Of a DNA stretch of 64,000 nucleotides, positions 24,904 to 37,099 are shown in pieces; the stretch's first letter is position 1; each line of letters begins with the position of its first letter. The position numbers and the translations under genes were made by a program. The notes beneath the pieces were generated by a model that worked only from the letters and a program-made list of their open reading frames with translations, was not told the DNA's origin and did not search any database. Origin of the DNA: Dipteris shenzhenensis (taxonomy: Eukaryota); the NCBI GenBank assembly GCA_047967505.1, contig CM106538.1, one strand, 5' to 3'.

Positions 24904-27160
24904 CTACAATACTTTTGTAACATACTCTTTTTGTGAAAGCCAAAGGAGTTTCCTACTCCGATCACGCGTGATGCGCATACCAAGAATATGACCTGCAAGT
25001 CTCAAATCCTTCATATCAAAGGCCTCATGCAACTTGGCCTTTAATGCATCTAGCTCATAAGTATTCTTGCTAGCCAATAGCATATCATCCACATATAGTG
25101 CCAGGATTATCAGGCTATTATCCTTAGCCCTTTTAGTGTAGAGGCAGTGATCAATTTCACTCCTTCTAAAACCCTGGGACCGAATGAAAGCATCAAACTT
25201 CTGATACCATTCTCTAGGCGATTGCTTAAGACCATAGAGACTCTTCTTTAGCTTGCAAACTAAATGCTCTTTGCCCTTTTCTTCAAAGCCTTCCGGCTGC
25301 ACCATGTAAATTTCCTCATGCAAATCTCCATGCAAGAAAGTTGTCTTGACATCCATCTGCATAAGCTCCATATCCTCTGATGCCACTAGTCCAAGCATGC
25401 ATCTAAGTGTGGTCATCTTCACAACCGGAGAGAATATCTCATCAAAGTCCACACCCTTCTCTTGCTTGAACCCTTTGGCAACCAATCGGGCCTTGTACCT
25501 AGGTACATCATCACCTGTGACCTTCATTTTGTAGACCCATTTACATGGCAATGCTTTCTTTCCATGTGGCAAAGAAACCAAGTCCCAAGTCTTATTCTTC
25601 ATAAGTGAACTCATCTCTGATTGCATAGCATACTCCCACTTGCGTTGATCCTCACGCATCATAGCCTCTCTATAGCAAGAAGGCTCCCCGCAATCAGTAA
25701 GCATCACATAGTCTACCCCTGGAACAAACCTATCAGGCGGTCTAGACACTCTAGATGATCTTCTCAAGGGCATTTCAGCTTGCTGTCCCACTTGCATATC
25801 AGCCACATTTGGCTCATCATTTCCACCAATAGATGATCCATCATCTACCCTTGATTGTATACCTGTGGGAGTACTTGGTGGCACCATTTCTTGCACATTT
25901 GGTGCATGGACAGCTTGCTGTCTATCAAAATATGCAGGTGGATTCACATCCTGGAAAGTGATTCTCCTCATTTCCACATCCCTCATGGGTGCCTTATGCA
26001 TCTTCTTCTCATTGAAGACCACATCATGGCTGCGTATGATCTTCTTTGCTCCTGGATCCCAGAGACGATAGCCCATCTCTCCACTTTCACCATAACCCAG
26101 AAAGATGCATTTCCTAGACTTAGGATCTAGCTTCTTTCGAAGCTCTTTTGGCACATGTGCATATGCCTCACACCCAAATATACACAAATGAGAGTAAAAG
26201 GGCTTCTTGCCACTCCATGCCTCTTCAGGAATACCACCATCCAAACTCTTACTAGGTGATCTATTGATCACATGCACTACAGTCTTCATTGCCTCAGCCC
26301 AAAAACCACCAGAAAGACTTGCATTGGAAAGCATGCATTGCAACCTTTCTTGAATGGTACGGTTCATCTTTTCTGCAACTAGATTTTGCTCTGGAGTATG
26401 AGGGGATGTGAGCTCCCTCTTAATCCCACGTGTATCACAGAAATGCTGAAAGTCATGAGAGAGATACTCTCCACCATTGTCAGTCCGTAGGCATTTAAGC
26501 ATTCTACCTGACTGATTCTCAACCAAGGCAAGCCATTTCTGAAATACCTGGAACACATCACTCTTCCGAGCTATAGCATAAGCCCACACTTTCCTAGTTG
26601 CATCATCAATGAATGTCACATAGTATTCAGCCCCGCCTAATGATCGTGTAGGCATGGGACCACATACATCTGAATGCACCAAATCAAGCTTTTCAAACTC
26701 TTTCTTTCCCCTTCTTTTATGGGCTGATTTAGTCTGCTTCCCATAGAGACAATGCTCACAAAATTCAAAATCAGAGAAACTCAAATGCGGTACATAACCA
26801 AAATGGCATAAGAGTTTCATTCCATTCTGGCTCATGTGCCCCAACCTGCAATGCCACAAAGAAGTGCTTGGCTGCTCGGTTATTGCAACAACATGATCAA
26901 ATACCCCTGATACATGTAAGGGATACAAAGTCCCACACTTGGCACCCCTAGCCAAAAGCATAGAGCCCTTTTGAATTTTCCAACTTTGAAAGCCAAAAGT
27001 GGTGTGAAAACCAGCATCATCTAGCTGACCCACTGAAATAAGACTCTTGGTCAGCTTAGGCACATGTCTCACATGTTTCAAAACAAATGCAGACCCATTT
27101 TCAAAAGAAAACTTTATGTCACCTACTCCCACTATGTCACATGCATAGTCATTGCACACA
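24904..27160 (-). pseudogene. pol: Copia pol (GAG-pre-integrase, integrase, RT); premature stop at 24904
   Basis: WHCRLGH, LVHSDVCGP, LRTDNGGEY, KARLVAKGF, YVDDML. Confidence 0.95.
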
Positions 27161-28216
27161 ACCTGTCTTTCCACTATCATAAGTGGAGAACCATTCCCTA
27201 TGGGGAGTAACATGGAATGAAGCACCAGAATCCAAAATCCAATTCTGGGAATATGCATCATCTGAAGTGGTAAGCAACTCTGCAGATAAACTAGACATGA
27301 AGAGAACGTCATTGTCACTATCATGTGTGACTGCATTGATCTCCTCGATCTTCACTTTTGCTTTGTCTTCCCTTGGACTTTCTTCCTTTTGATTTGCACC
27401 CCAATTTGCATTCTTTTTCTTATTCTTTTGCTCTCTTTTTAGCTTGTAGCAATCCTTTTTTATATGGTCCTTCTTGCCACAGTGGTAACACTCAATGTTT
27501 CGTGCCCTGGATTTGCTACGAGACTTTCCTCTTTCTTGGGACTTCCCCCTGAACTGTGATCTACCCCTTTGCACATTTAAGGCTGCATCCTGCTTGTTGC
27601 CATCCATAGACTTCCGTCTAATCTCCTCGGCCAACAAGCTACCCACAACATGATCAAATTTCAGTACTCCACTAGGTGCAGAGTTACTGACAGCTGTACG
27701 GAAGGTATCCCATGAGGATGGCAATGAACATAAGAGAAATATTGCCTTAGTCTCCGCATCAAAATTCATTTTTTGAGCCTGAAGCTGGCTGAAAATAATA
27801 TTTAATTCATTCAAGTGAGAAGCAATGGAGACCCCTTCCTTCATCTGTAGCTCAAACAACCTCTTCATGAGGTAAACTTTATTAGAGGCAGTTTCCTTCT
27901 CATAAGTGGCACACAGTTTCTTCCACAAATCTTCCGTAGTCTGCTCATTTACTATTGTGAAATAAACTGACTCTGCAAGATGAAGTCTAATAGTAGACTT
28001 TGCTAATGCATCCAACTCATTCCAATCATCCTCAGACATATTTGCAGGCTTAGCTTCAATCCCTGCCAAGGGTTTAATCTGCTTCTTTTGAATAAGCACA
28101 TCCCTTATTTGTTCTTTCAACAAAGAAAAGTTTGTCCCATCAAACTTTTTAATGTTGAAAAACTCCTTTTCAGACATGGAAGAGGATGCCATGATGCAAA
28201 TAAAGCAAAATCCCAA
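27149..28216 (-). pseudogene. gag: Copia gag + protease; frameshifted from pol by an 8-bp deletion at ~27153
   Basis: KFDGTNF, UBN2-type Gag, CYHCGKKDHIKKDC knuckle, WILDSGASFH; copy 2 retains ttccaaga. Confidence 0.95.
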
Positions 28217-28791
28217 ATGCTAGTGCCTCAAGAGAGAATCACACCAAATACCAGGTGCACCCAAATGTGTATGCCATAATAGAGTGAAATATCACCAAAA
28301 TTCAAAGCTCAAAGCATCAAAAGATGCATCTGACTCATGTGCATATACTATGCATCCATATGAATAAATCTAGCCCAAAAGAAAATGCCAATAAGTGCCA
28401 AATGACTGAAGCAGAAACACCATCCACTAGCATATGCATCAATAATATCTCATCCAAGAGACCATAGCACTATCAGTGCATCACCTGCAATGTGTCAAAG
28501 CTGTCCCTCAGCTTAAAATAGCATCCATGTGCAAAGCGTCCATAAAAATAGCATCCCACAAGGCAATTTGGGCCTATCAGCGCATCCAATAAGGACCGCA
28601 ATGCATCCAAATGGCCTATAAATCATCCACTACAACCCAATGCACACCACGAATGAGCGCTCATTACCGTGGGACTATGATTTCTTGAGCATACCTTATG
28701 CAGATCACTCTGGTTGAAGTTTGAGCAGTGATACCAGTACCTCCCACTTAAAGGACAATATGCCTTTAAGGGAGAACAACCAGTGAGCGTA

Positions 28792-31700
28792 CTATCCAAT
28801 GCCCATCAATACACGACAATACTCAAACCGCTGACTAGGTAGACTCTTCGTCAGCATATCTGCAGGGTTATCATCTGTATGAACCTTGACAAGCTCTATG
28901 CGCTTGTCCTCAAGTACCTCCCTGATGAAATGGTACCTGACCTCAATGTGTTTGGTCTTTGCATGAAAGACCGGATTCCGTGCTAGCTGAATAGCACTCA
29001 TGGAATCACTATGCAATGTCGGTACACCTGTATGAATCCCCAACTCTCCCACTAGCTGATCAAGCCATATAGCCTCCTTGCAACCCTCTGTGGCTGCAAC
29101 ATACTCAGCCTCTGTGGTAGACAAAGCAATGCACTTCTGTGCACGAGACATCCACGACACTGCACCACCTGCAAAGGTGAACACATAACCAAAAGTGGAT
29201 CTCCTACTATCCACATGCTCTGCATAGTCTGAATCTGTGTACCCAAGTACACGCATGTCTTCTTTACCAAAGCAGATGCACATCTCCTTGGTACCCTTCA
29301 TGTACCTCATGATGCACTTAACTGCCTCCCAATGCCTCTTTCCTGGATTAGCCATATACTGGCTAACAACGCCCACTGCAAATGCAATGTCTGGTCTAGT
29401 AGCTATCATAGCATACATAAGACTCCCAACCGCTGATGCATAAGGAACCTTAGCCATCATGGCCCTCTCCTCTTCTGATTTGGGACTATCTGTATGACTC
29501 AGTTTCACATATGGAGGCAATGGAGTACTCACTGCCTTCCCCCCCTCCATATTAAAACGCTGCAATACTTTTGTAACATACTCTTTTTGTGAAAGCCAAA
29601 GGAGTTTCCTACTCCGATCATGCGTGATGCGCATACCAAGAATATGACCTGCAAGTCCCAAATCCTTCATATCAAAGGCCTCATGCAACTTGGCCTTTAA
29701 TGCATCTAGCTCATAAGTATTCTTGCTAGCCAATAGCATATCATCCACATGTAGTGCCAGGATTATCAGGCTATTATCCTTAGCCCTTTTAGTGTAGAGG
29801 CAGTGATCAATTTCACTCCTTCTAAAACCCTGGGACCGAATGAAAGCATCAAACTTCTGATACCATTCTCTAGGCGCTTGCTTAAGACCATAGAGACTCT
29901 TCTTTAGCTTGCAAACTAAATACTCTTTGCCCTTTTCTTCAAAGCTTTCTGGCTGCACCATGTAAATTTCCTCATGCAAATCCCCATGCAAGAAAGCTGT
30001 CTTGACATCCATCTGCATAAGCTCCATATCCTCTGATGCCACTAGTCCAAGCATGCATCTAAGTGTGGTCATCACAACCGGAGAGAATATCTCATCAAAG
30101 TCCACACCCTTCTCTTGCTTGAACCCTTTAGTAACCAAATGGGCCTTGTACCTAGGCACATCATCACCTGTGACCTTCATTTTGTAGACCCATTTACATG
30201 GCAATGCTTTCTTTCCATGTGGCAAAGAAACCAAGTCCCAAGTCTTATTCTTCATAAGTGAACTCATCTCTGATTGCATAGCATACTCCCACTTGCGTTG
30301 ATCCTCACGCATCATAGCCTCGCTATAGCAAGAAGGCTCCCCGCAATCAGTAAGCATCACATAGTCTATCCCTGGAACAAACCTATTAGGCGGTCTAGAC
30401 GCTCTAGATGATCTTCTCAAGGGCATTTCAGCTTGCTGTCCCATTTGCATATCAGCCACATTTGGCTCATCATTTCCACCAATAGATGATCCATCATCTA
30501 CCCTTGATTGTATACCTGTGGGAGTACTTGGTGGTACCATTTCTTGCACATTTGGTGCATGGACAGCTTGCTGTCTATCAACATAGGCAGGTGGATTCAC
30601 ATCTTGGAAAGTGATTCTCCTCATTTCCACATCCCTCATGGGTGCCTTATGCATCTTCTTCTCATTGAAGACCACATCATGGCTGCATATGATCTTCCTC
30701 GCTTCTGGATCCCAGAGACGATAGCCCATCTCTCCACTTTCACCATAACCTAGAAAGATGCATTTCCTAGACTTAGGATCTAGCTTCTTTCGAAGCTCTT
30801 TTGGCACATGTGCATATGCCTCACACCCAAATATACGCAAATGAGAGTAAGAGGGCTTCTTGCCACTCCATGCCTCTTCAGGAATACCACCATTCAAACT
30901 CATGCTAGGTGATCTATTGATCACATGCACTGCAGTCTTCATTGGCTCAGCCCAAAAACCACCAGAAAGACTTGCATTAGAAAGCATGCATTGCAACCTT
31001 TCTTGAATGGTACGGTTCATCTTTTCTGCAACTGGATTTTGCTCTGGAGTATGAGGGGATGTGAGCTCCCTCTTAATCCCACGTGTATCACAGAAATGCT
31101 GAAAGTCATGAGAGAGATACTCTCCACCATTGTCAGTCCGTAGGCATTTAAGCATTCTACCTGACTGATTCTCAACCAAGGCAAGCCATTTCTGAAATAC
31201 CTGGAACACATCACTCTTACGAGCTATAGCATAAGCCCACACTTTCCTAGTTGCGTCATCAATGAATGTCACATAGTATTCAGCCCGGCTAATGACCGTG
31301 TAGGCATGGGACCACATACGTCTGAATGCACCAAATCAAGCATTTCAAACTCACTCTTTCCCCTTATTTTATGGGCTGATTTAGTCTGCTTCCCATAGAG
31401 ACAATGCTCACAAAATTCAAAATCAGAGAAACTCAAATGCGGTACATAACCCAAACAGCATAAGAGTTTCATTCCATTCTGGCTCATGTGCCCCAACCTG
31501 CAATGCCACAAAGAAGTGCTTGGCTGCTCGGTTATTGCAACAACATGATCAAATACCCCTGATACATGTAAGGGATACAAAGTCCCACACTTGGCACCCC
31601 TAGCCAAAAGCATAGAGCCCTTTTGAATTTTCCAACTTTGAAAGCCAAAAGTGGTGTGAAAACCAGCATCATCTAGCTGACCCACCGAAATAAGACTCTT

Positions 31701-32859
31701 GGTCAACTTAGGCACATGTCTCACATGTTTCAAAACAAATGCAGACCCATTTGCAAAAGAAAACTTTATGTCACCTGCTCCCACTATGTCACATGCATAG
31801 TCATTTCCAAGATGCACACAACCTGTCTTTCCACTATCATAAGTGGAGAACCATTCCCTATGGGGAGTAACATGGAATGGAGCACCAGAATCCAAAATCC
31901 AATCCTGGGAATATGCATCATCTGATGTGGTAAGCAACTCTGTAGATAAACTAGACATGAAGAGAACATCATTGTCACTATCATGTGTGACTGCATTGAT
32001 CTCCTCGATCTTCACTTTTCCTTTGTCCTCCCTTGGACTCTCTTCCTTTTGATTTGCACCCCAATTTGCATTCTTTTTCTTATCCTTTTGCTCTCTTTTC
32101 AGCTTGTAGCAATCCTTTTTCATATGGCCCTTCTTGCCACAATGGTAACACTCAATGTTCCGTGCCCTGGATTTGCTACGAGACTTCCCTCCTGAACTGT
32201 GATCTGCCCCTTTGCACATTTAAGACTGCATCTTGCTTGTTGCCATCCATAGACTTCCGTCTAATCTCCTCGGCCAACAAGCTACCCACAACATCATCAA
32301 ATTTCAGTACTCCACTAGGTGCAGAGTTACTGACAGCTGTACAGAAGGTATCCCATGAGGATGGCAATGAACATAAGAGAAATATTGCCTTAGTCTCCGC
32401 ATCAAAATTCATTTTCTGAGCCTGAAGTTGGCTGAAAATAATATTGAATTCATTCAAGTGAGAAGAAATGGAGACCCCTTCCTTCATCTGTAGCTCAAAC
32501 AACCTCTTCATGAGGTAAACTTTATTAGAGGCAGTTTCCTTCTCATAAGTGGCACACAGTTTCTTCCACAAATCTTTTGTAGTCTGCTCATTTACTACTG
32601 TGAAATAAACTGACTCTACAAGATGAAGTCTAATAGTAGACTTTGCTAATGCATCCAACTCATTCCAATCATCCTTAGACATATTTGCAGGCTTAGCTTC
32701 AATCCCTGCCAAGGGTTTAATCTTCTTCTTTTGAATAAGCACATCCCTTATTTGTTCTTTCCACAAAGAAAAGTTTGTCCCATCAAACTTTTTAATGCTG
32801 AAAAACTCCTTTTCAGACATGGAAGAGGATGCCATGATGCAAATAAAGCAAAATCCCAA
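28792..32859 (-). pseudogene. gag-pol: Copia gag-pol polyprotein, full length, two frameshifts (~32190 and ~31285)
   Basis: Three overlapping ORFs cover Gag, CCHC knuckle, PR (LDSGA), IN, RT (HVDDML) and RNase H (TDSDYA, EAEY, KHIEVRYHFIRE, ADMLTK). Confidence 0.95.
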
Positions 32860-34275
32860 ATGCTAGTGCCTGCAAGAGAGAATCACACCAAATACCAGGT
32901 GCACCCAAATGTGTATGCCACAATAGTGTGAAATATCACCAAAACTCAAAGCTCAAAGCATCAAAAGATGCATCTAACTCATGTGCATATACTATGCATC
33001 CATATGAGCAAATCTGGCCCAAAAGAAAATGCCAATAAGTGCCAAATGACTGAAGCATAAACACTGTCCACTGGCATATGCATCAATAATATCTCATCCA
33101 AGAGAGCATAGCACTATCAGTGCATCACCTGCAATGTATCAAAGCTGTCCCTCAGCATAAAATAGCATCCATGTGCAAAGCGTCCATAAAAATAGCATCT
33201 CATAAGGCAATTTGAGCCTATCAGCGCATCCAATAAGGACCGCAATGCATCCAAATGGCCTATAAATCATCCACTGCAACCCAATGCACACCACGAATGA
33301 GCGCACAGTGCTCAAACTGCAACCAGAGTGATCTGCATAAGGTATGCTCAAGAAATCATAGTCCCACGGTAATGAGCGCTATTGAAAATAGAACCTGAGA
33401 TGCCTCAAAACATGGGCGCCATTGCATAATCGGACTCAGCAAGAAAATCTGCAAATATCTCTCTTCTGCCAGAACTCCAAAATCCCAACCGATGAGTGCG
33501 AAATGGGAGTCAACACTTATCCACTACCATGTGGCATAAATCTAAGGTTTCAAAACCTTAGTATGAAAAATGCGTAACAGAGAGACGAAATCGAATACAC
33601 AGAGATTTATAACTCTGAAAATCCTCCACCGAATCACGCAAGAACTGACAGGTAGAGGTTTTTGGGCGTCCGGAACGCAATGGGACAGACGGTCTTGGAA
33701 ACCGTGGTCTCAATCACTGTGTCCAACACACAGACTGAAAAACGTTTTTGGAAACAGAGCTATCTGTAAACTCCACCGGAGTGCGAATGATGAGAAACAT
33801 AGAAGTTTTAGGACCTCCTGAGTCCACCGGAACTAACAGATCTGCAAATGGTTGCTCCAAACTTGAGTTCCAACACCCGGGCAAAAAACGCAGGAACTGA
33901 CACAGTGAGTCAGAAATCCAATGAAGTGATCCCAGATTCAAGAATGAAGGTGTTTCCAACCTTCTGAAGTAATGTGGACACCAAAAGCAAGCAATAGTTG
34001 CCTCTACAAGTCAATACGAAGTCTCTGTCATCGAACGGAAAACAGGAAAAAGCTCAAAAAATAACTTTTTCTTTGAAAGCTCTTAACGGGCTCTCAAAAC
34101 CACTTCGCAAAGCCAAAGTGACTTTTCCAAAGGTTCCTCCAAGGTCTCTGCACACTCGGATGCAAGTAAAGTCACCCACAAAGCTTCCCACAAAGCTTCT
34201 CCTTCCTCCCACAAAGCTGCTGAGCTTCAAGCATTCACGAACACTCAGCTAGATCACCCGGGCTCTGATACCAGT

Positions 34276-34456
34276 TGAGAGTGCTCTCAACGGAAGCAAG
34301 AACGGAAGAAGGAGAGAGAGAGAGAGAGGGAGACACAGAGCCACACAAGTTTTGGTGGGTGCAGAACCACCCTAATCTTCTTTTTCATTCATTTATATAT
34401 GTGTTTGGGTATTGTACATAACCGGGGTTAAGGCACAGTGACCTTTAACCCCCACA
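34276..34456 (-). repeat. Copia LTR (181 bp)
   Basis: Minus strand TGTGGGGG...CTCTCA, followed by AC and TGGTATCAGAGC. Confidence 0.9.
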
Positions 34457-35519
34457 CTTAAGATGCCTCAAAACATGGGCACCATTGCATATAATAGGAA
34501 TCAACAAGAAAATCTGCAAATATCTCTCTTCTGCCAGAACTCCAAAATCCCAACCGATGAGTGAGAAATGGGAGTCAACACTTATCCACTGCCATGTGGC
34601 ATAAATCTAAGGTTTCAAAACCTTAGAATGAAAAATGCATAACAGAGAGACGAAATCGAATACACAGAGATCTATAACTCTGAAAATCCTCCACCAAATC
34701 ACGCAAGAACTGATAGGTAGGGGTTTTTGGGCGTTCGGAACGCAATGGGATAGACGGTTTTGGAAACCGTGGTCTCAATCACTGGGTCCAACACACGGAC
34801 TGAAAAACGTTTTTGGAAACAGAGCTATTTGTAAACTCCACCGGAGTGCGAATGATGAGCAACATAGAAGTTTTAGGACCTCTTGAGTCCACCGGAACTG
34901 ACAGATCTGCAAATGGTTGCTCCAAACTTGAGTTCCAACACCCGGGCAAAAAACGCAGGAACTGACACAGTGACTCAGAAATCCAATGAAATGATCCCAG
35001 ATTCAGGAATGAAGGTGTTTCCAGGCTCCTGAAGTAATGTGGACACCAAAAGCAAGCAATAGTTGCCTCTACAAGTCAATACGGAGTCTCTATCATTGAA
35101 CGGAACAGGGAAAAGCTCAAAAAACGACTTTTTCTTTGAAAGCTCTTAACGGGCTCTCAAAACCACTTCACAAAGCCAAAGTGACTTTTCCAAATGTTCC
35201 TCCAAGGTCTCTGCACACTCGGATGCAAGTAAAGTCGCCCACAAAGCTTCCCACAGAGCTTCTCCTTCCTCCCACAGAGCTGCTAAGCTTCAAGCATTCA
35301 CGCACGCTCAGCTAGATCACCCGGGCTCTGATACCAGTTGAGAGTGCTCTCAACGGAAGCAAGAACAGAAGAAGGAGAGAGAGAGAGAGAGGGAGACAGA
35401 GAGCCACACAAGTTTTGGTGGGTGCAGAACCACCCTAATCTTCTTTTTCATTCATTTATATATGTGTTTGAGTATTCTACATAACTGGGGTGAAGGCACA
35501 GTGACCTTTAACCCCCACA
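34457..35519 (-). mobile_element. Second copia LTR (35339-35519) + PBS + leader; likely the 5' end of copy 1
   Basis: 1063-bp direct repeat of 33394-34456 with scattered substitutions. Confidence 0.9.
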
Positions 35520-35869
35520 ATGCCATCAATACGATAGCATATGATTCTGGTCGGCAACCATTTTGGCTATTGATTGGAGAATTGTCTAGAAGCTATGGTG
35601 AAATGGCTGATGCTGAAAATTTTATTAGATTTATGCTAGCTGATCTAGTGCATACAAACTAGTGGTATGTGATGCAGAGAATCATGGGGCTACCAATAGA
35701 CATGTTGACAGAAATGTTTCATTAAACCTATTCGCTAAATGCTATTTCTCATTCTATGGGTCTTGAAGATAGCTTGTACATGGATATATATTATTACATG
35801 GTGTAATGACCTTGGGTCACTAATTATATATAAAGAACTAATTTCATTTATTAATGTTGTTTCTTGTGA

Positions 35870-35898
35870 TCTCTCTCTCTCTCTCTGTCTCTCCCTCT

Positions 35899-35960
<62 letters not shown>
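35870..35960. repeat. (CT)n microsatellite
   Basis: Direct reading. Confidence 0.95.
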
Positions 35961-35962
<2 letters not shown>

Positions 35963-36549
35963 ACAATCTTTTTAAAGTGTTGTATCAAGTACAACTTTTC
36001 TTATTTATCTAATACTGTTGCAGTATCAAGTACTATTTTTTGATTAGTGTTGTATCGAGTAAAAAGGAGTGTTGCAGTATCAAGATTAGGGGGGTCACTT
36101 AGTGTAATATGTCTAGATCACGTGAGCTCAATGCTTCTTTTGTTAATCCCTATGTAACCTATTTCTAGCATTTCCTTAGGCCCCCTCTGTAAATTTTTAT
36201 CGATTTCATAAATCCCATAATATAAATTATATTTTTATGCTACAAGCATTTTAAAAAGTACTTTTGTGAGAGATACATTACTAGTCCTGGAGTCATTTTA
36301 TCTCATGAGAGACTCAAGACATAATATATCTAAAGATATCTTTGTCAGGTGTGTTATTTGAATCTACTCCTAATCTACTATAAGGAAGAGAGGTGTTAAT
36401 TGCAACTAGCAATGCCTTTAGTAGGCTCAAATTTGACTCTAGGCAATGCCATAAGACTAAGAGAAACAAGGTGAATGATGTTCATAAGGCCTACCCAAAG
36501 GAGATTGATAGTGGAATGATTTGAGAGAAATAAAGATATAACTTGTCAT

Positions 36550-36701
36550 GCTAGTGGCTTCCTCCATTGCTCACAGATCTAAAGCTAATGTAAGGTAGAC
36601 TAATATTGATCAAAAGGAAGGGTAAGCTAGTGGCTTCCTCCATTGTTCACATATCTGAAGCTAATGTAAGGTAGACTAATATTGATCAAAAGGAAGGGTA
36701 A
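36550..36701. repeat. 76-bp tandem duplication
   Basis: gctagtggcttcctccattg...aaaaggaagggtaa twice. Confidence 0.9.
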
Positions 36702-37099
36702 TCTCTAAAGTAACAAGAGATAGCAAATTCTAGATGTAGGTATGTTTGGAGATCTAGTTGCCCACGTCTCCTCAGTGTTTAATCAAGGGAATGTTGTCGA
36801 GCATAGTATAGAGCAAGAAATGATCAAACCAATAGAGGAAGTCTACTCTGCATGTTTCATTGTTAGTTCGCATGTTGGTCTAAAGTTGATCCATGGATTG
36901 TTGTGGGCTTGTGAATGAGTGGTACTATAATGTGTTTTGACATGATTGTTGGAGTTGGGTGTTGGTTGTGATCAAAGAGTTGTAGTTAATATAAAAATCT
37001 CCCAATATGTATATTGGGATTGTCATGTTCAAAGTGGTGAGCATTTGGGGCAGGGTATGAAATAGAATGTTTACCTTGGTCTTGGACGACTTGTAGACA

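Larger units (their letters stand above)
24851..28736 (-). mobile_element. Ty1/copia (Tnt1/Tork-like) copy 1, internal region; 3'-truncated within RT
   Basis: Near-identical to 29507-33304; homology stops at 24851 against the tandem array. Confidence 0.95.
28741..34456 (-). mobile_element. Ty1/copia (Tnt1/Tork-like) copy 2: 5' LTR, PBS, long leader, gag-pol, PPT; 3' LTR absent
   Basis: LTR 34276-34456, PBS 34262-34273, PPT AAGTGGGAG at 28741-28749. Confidence 0.95.
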
